From: a virus
Taxonomy: Duplodnaviria > Caudoviricetes
Strand: one strand, 5' to 3'
Length of the DNA stretch: 25,603 nt
Virus record (IMG/VR): IMGVR_UViG_3300022857_000586
Location: 1-25,603 of that record
Shown here: positions 1 through 7,675 of the stretch, piece by piece
Position numbering within the stretch: the stretch's first letter is position 1
Layout of the letters: each line of letters starts with the position of its first letter
Made by a program: the position numbers and the translations under genes
Notes under the pieces: generated by a model
The model's database searches: none
What the model was told of the DNA's origin: nothing
The model's input: only the letters and a program-made list of their open reading frames with translations

Positions 1-1923
1 ACGGGTGCCGTGCAGCGTCTCTATCGTGTTCGTTGAGTTGATGCCCTGCGAACTAAATTTCACGTAAATTGGGAATGTGTCCGAAGTTGGGTTGGATGTG
101 AATCCCATTGAAACCCGCACTCGAAATTTTGTCATCTCAGCGGGAATAGACGCGGGCATACCGCTAGAAAAAGCATTATATCCACCCGGTACAAGCGACC
201 ACGATGCATCGTCGGCTTTTGCTGCGGCCGAGTTTAGATTAATGCACCATTGGAAATAACTCCCGCGAGCGTCGAGAAGCTGCCGCGTCATAACGCTTGA
301 TCCACTCGCCGCTGTTTGGTTTTCCGCCGTGACAGTCCCACCGATAACAAGATTTGCACTAAGCGTTGTGTTACCATCATTAGAGAAATGTGCAATATCG
401 TATAGTCCGGTAGATGCTTTAACCTTAACACCCTCAGATCCTAAACTTTGGATCGTGGTTGTTGATAGCATTGGTGTTCGTGTTCCTTGTCCGACAGCAA
501 GTTCATTGTTTATATAGGCATTGTGTCCTACGTATAGTGAGCTAGATGCTGTTATAGTTTGATCAACATATAGGGAACTTAATGCACTAATGCTTCCGAC
601 AACCGTTAGTGCCATATTTGGATTATCTGTTCCGATACCCACCCATCCCGGTTTTGTCGATTGACCCTCTACGTAAAGAGCAACCAATCCTGCATCATCA
701 TAGAAACGTGCAATAGGTTCATCTCCGGTCTGTGTGACTGTTAGTGCAGGACCCGTTCCGGTATTAGTGATAGACATCGCGCTAGTCACGGTTACGAACG
801 TATCGAGATATGAAATATTACCAAGTGTTGATAAGTTCCCAAAAATCGTCAAATTGGAGTCCAATTTAACTTCTTGGGTGATTCTAACATTGCCATCCAA
901 AACCGTGCTTCCTTTGACTTCCAGTGCCGATGTTGGTGTATTATTGTTGATACCAACCCAACCGTGCATAATATTTTTACCAAATGCTGTCGATAGGGGG
1001 ATGTTTAAACTATATGATTCGATGCCAATTATTCCACCGTATGCCGAAATTGCTCGAATAGGGGAAGAAACTTCTAGACCGATTTTAAGACCTCTGGCCG
1101 AGATAGCCTTATTTTCTGAAAATATATCAGCACCAACAAATCCAGAGTATGCCGAAATTGCTCTTATTGGTGATGCAACTTCTAAACCAATTAATGATCC
1201 GAATGCTGAAATTGCTCGGGTTGTTGAGTATGATTCTACACCTATAGCGTTTCCGATGGCATAAATGGCCTTATTAGGCGATGTAACATGTAAACCAATG
1301 GTTCCACCATATGATGATATGGAAATGTTATTAGAGTATGATTCTACCCCTATTACATTACCATTGGCGGATATGGCTCTTACAGGAGAAGAAACTTCTA
1401 GACCGATTTTAAGACCTCTGGCCGAGATAGCCTTATTTTCTGAAAATATATCAGCACCGATAAAATTAGAGTATGCTGAAAGTGCTCTTACAGGAGAAGA
1501 AACTTCTAGACCGATTTTAAGACCTCTGGCTGAGATAGCCTTATTTTCTGAAAATATATCAGCACCGATAAATCCAGAGTATGCTGAAAGTGCTCTTACA
1601 GGTGATGCAACCGAAACTCCCAATTTTGGAGAATATGCCGATATTGCTAGATATTCTGAAAATACTTGTATACCATTCTGTGTACCTGTAACATAAAGCC
1701 CCTGTTTCCCACCAATAGCACAGACTGCCGTGTTATTGGAATAAAAATGTGCTGCATATGCCGAAAGCATTGCTACAGCCGATAATGACCCATTTAGGAC
1801 GAATTCCCCTAAGAATGGTTGGCTCTGACTTGCTATTGGGTCATGTCCAGCACTCGGGTTATTCGGGTTTGTATATGTGTGATGGTCAACTCTGTGCCAT
1901 CGATTATGAAAACGATTACTAAT
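1..1923 (-). CDS. Tail fibre / receptor-binding protein, 3'-truncated by the window edge (>=641 aa), probable ATT start
   Basis: Translated by hand: no stop from 1923 to 1 (ISNRFHNRWHRVDHHTYTNPNNPSAGHDPIASQSQPFLGEF...18-aa repeats...WVGINNNTPTSALEVKG...NTGTGPALTVTQTG...WVGIGTDNPNMALTVVGSISA...ETLHGTR). The VGI(G/N)TxxP-xxL-xVxG motifs are typical of phage fibre shafts. An in-frame TGA lies 5 codons upstream of ATT at 1923; the first in-frame ATG is at 1770. Absent from the ORF track because the stop lies outside the window. Confidence 0.85.
   Translation of the reverse strand, partial: MSNRFHNRWHRVDHHTYTNPNNPSAGHDPIASQSQPFLGEFVLNGSLSAVAMLSAYAAHFYSNNTAVCAIGGKQGLYVTGTQNGIQVFSEYLAISAYSPKLGVSVASPVRALSAYSGFIGADIFSENKAISARGLKIGLEVSSPVRALSAYSNFIGADIFSENKAISARGLKIGLEVSSPVRAISANGNVIGVESYSNNISISSYGGTIGLHVTSPNKAIYAIGNAIGVESYSTTRAISAFGSLIGLEVASPIRAISAYSGFVGADIFSENKAISARGLKIGLEVSSPIRAISAYGGIIGIESYSLNIPLSTAFGKNIMHGWVGINNNTPTSALEVKGSTVLDGNVRITQEVKLDSNLTIFGNLSTLGNISYLDTFVTVTSAMSITNTGTGPALTVTQTGDEPIARFYDDAGLVALYVEGQSTKPGWVGIGTDNPNMALTVVGSISALSSLYVDQTITASSSLYVGHNAYINNELAVGQGTRTPMLSTTTIQSLGSEGVKVKASTGLYDIAHFSNDGNTTLSANLVIGGTVTAENQTAASGSSVMTRQLLDARGSYFQWCINLNSAAAKADDASWSLVPGGYNAFSSGMPASIPAEMTKFRVRVSMGFTSNPTSDTFPIYVKFSSQGINSTNTIETLHGTR
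1003..1650 (-). repeat. Tandem array of twelve 18-aa (54-nt) units, with a 9-aa sub-period, in the tail fibre; three near-identical DNA blocks
   Basis: Units such as RALSAYSGFIGADIFSEN / KAISARGLKIGLEVSSPV. The block GAAACTTCTAGACCGATTTTAAGACCTCTGGC...GAAAATATATCAGCACC starts at 1067, 1391 and 1499 (spacings 324 and 108 nt). Confidence 0.95.
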
Positions 1924-2019
1924 ATATGTCTCTCTTCAAGCCAATTATAATGTTACCATTATAAAGAACCAAACTTTACGAAAGCGCAGTTACTATTTTG
2001 GAGTGATTTTAAATATTTA
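1924..2019 (-). promoter_or_regulatory. Late promoter box TAAATA (2014-2019) followed by a ~90-nt putatively structured 5' leader of the tail fibre
   Basis: Perfect hairpin TTATAATG-GTAA-CATTATAA (1945-1964), an imperfect hairpin at 1967-1991, a closing CCAA/TTGG pair (1998-2001 with 1941-1944), and purine-rich GAAGAGAG just before the ATT. Confidence 0.5.
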
Positions 2020-2070
2020 TCATATTAGATGTTTTTTGATGAATATATTTTTAACTTTGGAATTAACCAA

Positions 2071-5000
2071 TTACATTAAAGGTGATATAACACTATTACA
2101 ACATCCAGATTTTGCATCTTTCCATGCCTTTGTCGGTGCATAACTGACCCCGAAAGATGTTTTTAGTTCAGCATATGTAATTGGATTGATATTGCACAAT
2201 TTGATAACTGGCAACGATAGATTGTAACAACTCATAGCCTTCCACGACCAACAAAATATATTTTGACACCCATTGTCTGTTGCCGAGTTGATTGTTTTTA
2301 TGTTTAAGAATTGTCTCAACAATTCTATTGCATCATAAATTTTTTCAAGTTCTCGATTAAACACTTGGGGTATATGCAACTCATTTACCCCAACTCTAAC
2401 ATTTTCGATCTCAACATCATTCGAAAACACAGGTCTTTCTGATACCTTTACCGGATATTTGGCATAATAAGTAACCGACCCTACAGATGTAGTCTCTGTT
2501 GCTAAAACCATTTTAGATTCGATAGAATTTCTAAATTTTTTTACATTTTGAACGGTTCGTTGAAACGATCTATTATAGTTAACATCAGATGCAAATTCGT
2601 CAGATATTAACAACTGTTTATCAAGATTCCATGTCGATACATCTATATCATTACCAATTTTAAAGATGCTAACAAGGTCCACCCATTTTAACATATATTT
2701 TGGATAAACACTAAACATATTTCTACCATCACCGATAACTGTTCTTATAGTTCCTGTTGGTATATTGGTGATTCCGATGTAAACACCCGACGAAGAAAAT
2801 TTATATACACCAGTTGGTGTTGAGACGTAGAAAAATTCACCAATATTATCAAATGATAAATCTGATATATCGGTCCCTGTTATATTAGATATGTTTATAA
2901 CATCAAAAACCTCATCTGGTGTATCTAATATATATACAGAACCACTCTTGGTTGCTACATACAATAAACCGTTGGGGTGAACATCAAAAGTTTCGATCTG
3001 ATCAGACGAAAACATATCAACATAAAAGGTATCAACCCATGTCAATTCTCCTGTGAATTTTTTGATACAGTAGTTGTTATAATCCAGAACATATACATAA
3101 TTCCCTCTATACACAATTTTATCAGGATTATTAAATCTATTTGTGCTCTTTTTATCACCAAATCCGCCAATATCTAAGGTATCAAAAATGTAAGAGTATT
3201 CGGAAATTTCTAAATCGACCTTGTGGATTTTATTATTTAGATTATCAGATATATATAAAACCGTTCCATCAGAATTGGATGAAATATTTTTTAGATTTTT
3301 GAAATTGGATCTAAAAATGTCATAATTTATAAAACTAACCTCTTGTGGATTTTTACCCGAACGAAAATATTTCAAGTCACCATCGTCGATTACGGCATAA
3401 TCACCGTTCGAACGTATTTCAGAAAAATCTTGTATATTTTTAAAATATGTTTTTCCGATTGATACTGCATAATCAAAATTTGCATAAATATCTAAATTGT
3501 AATCTAGTGTGTGCCACTGAACACCTTCGGATTGGTTATACACATCGGTTCCCAACCATCCAAAGATATTTGATGGTGATTCGGTGTTGATGGTTTTCGA
3601 ATTATTTTTTAGATAATCTAGATTATTTTGTAATCGGGTGATTGCGGAATTGAAAATATCAACATTACCAAATTCGTTGGGTTGGATATATACCTGATCT
3701 AGTGTATATGGTAAACTTAAAATATTTTCGTCTAAAAATCTAATATCATCTTGGTTAAATTCGACCCATTCGTTTAATATAGTTATCGGTTGGTTATTTA
3801 CATAAACAATTTTGGAACCGTCTGTATATATTGAACTAATAGTTATATTGTAAGATCCTTCAATCAAATACTTATGAGAAATCGAATCACCCAAATTGAA
3901 AAGATTTTCACCAGAACCATCACCAAAATCTAAATTATAATTCTGTATGGAACCCGAATCTATTAGGTAATAATTTTCAATTTCTACATTAATGGCATTA
4001 CCAGTTAAAGAATAGTAGTCAGAAACATATATATTGGCTTTATCGGAAGTTGTATATGCAAAAAATGTTTCTATATGATTAGATGACACGTTTTCATATA
4101 TCGATGACCATAATGCCTTTGGTTTATTATATGAAGGATAGTTCGCAAATGTCGTCTCTGGAATAGTCTTAATAATATTAGCAGAAGCTGTTAAATATAG
4201 GGTATTTAGAGATTTATCACTAATATATAATGGATTAAATGGATCACCAATATATAAAGAGAATGGAACAACGACGCCATTTTGAGCAGGAACCGTTGCT
4301 TCGGATACCCAATACGTTGACGAAAGTTTGTAGGTTATAGTCCCACCAATTGGCTGTGTAGGACTCTCAAATGGGTTAGTGCTAATTGCTTGTTGAATCG
4401 TGATGTATCGATTGGTTGATACATCTAAACTAGTTACAGTGGCCGAAAAAGAAAATGTACAAGAAGTGTAAGGAACAATTTTGGGAGATACTTGAAATTG
4501 TTGAGAATTTCCAATGGTTATAGGCGTTGTCTTGGCAGTGAGGTTAAAGTTGTTGGTGAATAATCCATTAACACCAGATGCTTTGTAGAAAATACCATTT
4601 GTCTCTGGAAATTCTAAACCAAATGCCGTTAAAGATATTGATAGACCGTCCGCAGATTTTAGATCGGTACTATAAGGAATCAATGCTAATGATATTGATG
4701 ATGTTTTATTCCCAATGGAATAATTGTATTTGTCAAATCCATGGGTCTTGTTAGCAGATAACCAAAAACCATACGTATTGTCGGTAGTATTTTGATAAGA
4801 TGTTGGTGCCAAAGAATTTGTGTAATTCGATGCATCCGAAATTGTTAGATTTCTACCAGAATTCCAGAAAAACTCTGGATATACATTGAATACCAACGGA
4901 TTATTAAATTCGGCCAATGGAATTGTATATATAGTAAATGTTTTAGAAATATTGTGTGGGTTTATCCATCCAGGTGCGATACAATTCAATGCACTTAGAG

Positions 5001-7653
5001 TTACATATGTAACTCTTGCTCCGGTGATATTGTGGTACATCGTGGGCGTTCCACTCAAAGAAGATAGGGTTACAAGACTATCCTTAACATTCCAAACCAA
5101 CTGAGCATTAGTATTGGGTTGTTGTATATCATTATTAGCAACAAATTTATATTTAGATGTAATATCTAATGGTCTGGTCATTACATCACTAGTTTTTGTG
5201 AATGCAATTGGAGAACTGGTGATGTTTGGGTAATATGTGTAAAAATCTGCCGAAATCACCGACGAATCTGGAAAAGAATCAACATCGAAGAAATATTCTC
5301 CGGTTATGGGTTTACTGGCAGTAAAACATGATAAAGTATATTTAACCCTATGATTTACCGGATAGAAATTATCGGTAACGGGTTTAACGAATACCTCAAT
5401 AGCACTTAAATTGTTGGATATACCAAAATCACCATATTCAAATCTATTACCGTTGAATAATAAGATGGAACTTATGGGTTGATTGATTGGGTTACTTACA
5501 TTATCATATTCCCATGTCCAGAACATCGTTAGATCGTTTGGTATCGGGTATATGTTATTACCATACGGGATTCCTGCGGAAAGTGAGATATTTCTAACAG
5601 TGTCGAGATTGTTTAAACTTTTTATAGGATTTATGAAAAATTTACCTTCTCGGAAAATATCAAACACCGAAGATGTGGATGATAATAAAGATACTTCGTT
5701 ATATTTTTGAGATGACAATTTAGTAATTGCCGTGGTTGGACCGTAACCAGACAACATAATGCTCCATGTGTCGGAACCGAATAATACTGCGCTATTAGCT
5801 GGCAATAATGTATAGGTGTTATCTTGGTTTATAGTGTATATTTGAAACGCTCTATTGGTTGGCTCATATGACCAGCTAATATACGATCCCGATAGATCCC
5901 TCAGTGGAAAATCACTTAAACTGGTTAAGTGCCCGACGGTAGTTTTCATGTAATCCGATCCCTCTTCAATTAAATTTTGGAAAATTTTAACATTTGGAAC
6001 AATTTCATTACTCACCCCATTAGCAAGGACGACTTTGGTTCTATAATAAGAATCTAAGAATCCGGCATATGTTGATAAATGAGATGTTAAGCTGATGTTA
6101 ATCTCTCCCAATGGAGAATTTGGATAAAAAATTCTTAATCGAGAACCTTCGTTGGCAGGAACCCATTGTGGATTGGTTATGCTATAAGGAGTTTCGCTAT
6201 TACCATAATAACATGATAGATATGGGACGAATTCGTCGTATACATCGAAAAACTCAAATTTGATCATATCAGATTGTCCATATGATTCTAAATCGAGATT
6301 CATTAGCCCAAATTCCGACATAAGATAAGTTGAAAGGACTACTGTATCACTAGTGATGCTGACAATTTTAGATGATAGGTCGAATAATAACGAACTTTCT
6401 TCGGTAAATTTAGAGAAATTTATATTATCCGCAAATTTGAGATTGTAAGAATAATGATGTGGTGGGTGCGTTGTCTCCCAGACTGTTGTGTCTGCTCCAA
6501 TCGATGACGCAGATGCCGACATGAAAATATTAGGAATATTTGCATTTGTAAAACTCGCGATAGTAGAATTCACCGTTTCTAGAGTGTTTCTGAACACCGG
6601 AGAGTCTGATATATATTTTACGCCCAAATGAGTCGCATTTACCCCCGACACGTTCAGTATAGGATCGCGAGTGTCGATGTAAAAATTTGCATAATATTTG
6701 AAATTTGTCGAATCTACATCTATAATAGAACTCAACATACAATTTTGACTAGCATTAATAGGCAAATTCGAATTAGCTGCTGATTGGAGCATGTAAAATG
6801 ATTGAATCTGTGGCGATGCTGTTAAATCCGTGAAAAATAATGAAGAATCGAAATCATAATATCTACGATCATTTTTAAAAATAACCGGATCACCTATTGT
6901 TTCGTAAGTTCCATCCAAATCATAATACCCATGAATGTTTGTGAGACTGACGGAATCCATTTTAATCTTAGAACCGTTAGATTCTAACATACTATTATGA
7001 TAAATCGGATTATAATCGTATGTATAGTTAATTACGGGACGACTCGAAAACTTTTGAACCGCCGATAGGCTATATGATAAAAAAACACTTTGGGATAGTG
7101 GTATTTCTACTTTATTATCAAAGTTTTCAAAATACTTTTGGTTGATGTCTAAGGCACATACCGATAATCCGTTAGTTGTGAAGTATAAAGGAGTTGCGCT
7201 CAACAATATAGCAGATGTTTTCAACGACCATCCTGCTACTGTTTTTGCTACGCTAATAGGTTTTAGAAATAATCGCGTGGGGTAAAGAACATATCCGATC
7301 AACCTTTCACCCGGATCTAGGTTTATGTAAAATATGTTAACAATTCTACCATTGAATATTTTTCGAATTGATGTTGGTGACCAATATAAAGTGTCACCCG
7401 TCGATATGTCTAATTTAAACTTATAATCTATCGGTGAAAATGTCGTATTTACGCTTCCGTAATTATAATCGGTGAAATTATTATCTAATTTTCCAAACTG
7501 GTGACCGATGTTTTGAGGAGATAGAAATTTATTTTGATACGGAACAATCCCTAACAATGGATCGAATATATTATGATCCAATTTAATAGAATATTGTTCA
7601 TTTGGCCAATTTCCTATCTGTTTAATTGTATATGCTTGTTCAGACGGTCCCAT
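2071..7653 (-). CDS. Very large (1860 aa) baseplate/tail-associated structural protein with PKD-like domain, NHL-type beta-propeller and Cys/Trp-rich C-terminus
   Basis: Long ORF downstream of gp25-gp6. PKD-like LDFGDGS...ISHKYLIEGSYNITIS; NHL-like IGGFGDKKSTNRFNNPDKIVYRGNYVYVLDYNNYCIKKF; S/T/N-rich beta composition; TAAGTA 12 nt before ATG. Confidence 0.75.
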   Translation of the reverse strand: MGPSEQAYTIKQIGNWPNEQYSIKLDHNIFDPLLGIVPYQNKFLSPQNIGHQFGKLDNNFTDYNYGSVNTTFSPIDYKFKLDISTGDTLYWSPTSIRKIFNGRIVNIFYINLDPGERLIGYVLYPTRLFLKPISVAKTVAGWSLKTSAILLSATPLYFTTNGLSVCALDINQKYFENFDNKVEIPLSQSVFLSYSLSAVQKFSSRPVINYTYDYNPIYHNSMLESNGSKIKMDSVSLTNIHGYYDLDGTYETIGDPVIFKNDRRYYDFDSSLFFTDLTASPQIQSFYMLQSAANSNLPINASQNCMLSSIIDVDSTNFKYYANFYIDTRDPILNVSGVNATHLGVKYISDSPVFRNTLETVNSTIASFTNANIPNIFMSASASSIGADTTVWETTHPPHHYSYNLKFADNINFSKFTEESSLLFDLSSKIVSITSDTVVLSTYLMSEFGLMNLDLESYGQSDMIKFEFFDVYDEFVPYLSCYYGNSETPYSITNPQWVPANEGSRLRIFYPNSPLGEINISLTSHLSTYAGFLDSYYRTKVVLANGVSNEIVPNVKIFQNLIEEGSDYMKTTVGHLTSLSDFPLRDLSGSYISWSYEPTNRAFQIYTINQDNTYTLLPANSAVLFGSDTWSIMLSGYGPTTAITKLSSQKYNEVSLLSSTSSVFDIFREGKFFINPIKSLNNLDTVRNISLSAGIPYGNNIYPIPNDLTMFWTWEYDNVSNPINQPISSILLFNGNRFEYGDFGISNNLSAIEVFVKPVTDNFYPVNHRVKYTLSCFTASKPITGEYFFDVDSFPDSSVISADFYTYYPNITSSPIAFTKTSDVMTRPLDITSKYKFVANNDIQQPNTNAQLVWNVKDSLVTLSSLSGTPTMYHNITGARVTYVTLSALNCIAPGWINPHNISKTFTIYTIPLAEFNNPLVFNVYPEFFWNSGRNLTISDASNYTNSLAPTSYQNTTDNTYGFWLSANKTHGFDKYNYSIGNKTSSISLALIPYSTDLKSADGLSISLTAFGLEFPETNGIFYKASGVNGLFTNNFNLTAKTTPITIGNSQQFQVSPKIVPYTSCTFSFSATVTSLDVSTNRYITIQQAISTNPFESPTQPIGGTITYKLSSTYWVSEATVPAQNGVVVPFSLYIGDPFNPLYISDKSLNTLYLTASANIIKTIPETTFANYPSYNKPKALWSSIYENVSSNHIETFFAYTTSDKANIYVSDYYSLTGNAINVEIENYYLIDSGSIQNYNLDFGDGSGENLFNLGDSISHKYLIEGSYNITISSIYTDGSKIVYVNNQPITILNEWVEFNQDDIRFLDENILSLPYTLDQVYIQPNEFGNVDIFNSAITRLQNNLDYLKNNSKTINTESPSNIFGWLGTDVYNQSEGVQWHTLDYNLDIYANFDYAVSIGKTYFKNIQDFSEIRSNGDYAVIDDGDLKYFRSGKNPQEVSFINYDIFRSNFKNLKNISSNSDGTVLYISDNLNNKIHKVDLEISEYSYIFDTLDIGGFGDKKSTNRFNNPDKIVYRGNYVYVLDYNNYCIKKFTGELTWVDTFYVDMFSSDQIETFDVHPNGLLYVATKSGSVYILDTPDEVFDVINISNITGTDISDLSFDNIGEFFYVSTPTGVYKFSSSGVYIGITNIPTGTIRTVIGDGRNMFSVYPKYMLKWVDLVSIFKIGNDIDVSTWNLDKQLLISDEFASDVNYNRSFQRTVQNVKKFRNSIESKMVLATETTSVGSVTYYAKYPVKVSERPVFSNDVEIENVRVGVNELHIPQVFNRELEKIYDAIELLRQFLNIKTINSATDNGCQNIFCWSWKAMSCYNLSLPVIKLCNINPITYAELKTSFGVSYAPTKAWKDAKSGCCNSVISPLM

Positions 7654-7665
7654 TTGTTATATAAT

Positions 7666-7671
7666 TACTTA
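7666..7671 (-). promoter_or_regulatory. T4-late-like promoter box TAAGTA
   Basis: AATAAGTA-attatataacaa-ATG(7653); the same motif recurs before most genes in the window. Confidence 0.65.
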
Positions 7672-7675
7672 TTTG

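Noticed and set aside
1063-1600. Direct repeats as a CRISPR array or a DGR template/variable pair
   Set aside because: Spacing is a multiple of 54 nt and in frame within a CDS; there are no unique spacers, no adenine-specific mismatch pattern, and no cas or reverse transcriptase gene in the window.
77-1696. Plus-strand ORFs 77-259, 329-517, 734-1264 and 1265-1696, two with repeats
   Set aside because: Antisense shadows of the uninterrupted minus-strand tail fibre frame.
1924-2013. Tail fibre leader as a tRNA, hammerhead ribozyme or group I intron
   Set aside because: No T-loop or anticodon arm, no CUGAnGA/GAAA core, too short for a group I intron, and no splice junction that would create an in-frame ATG.
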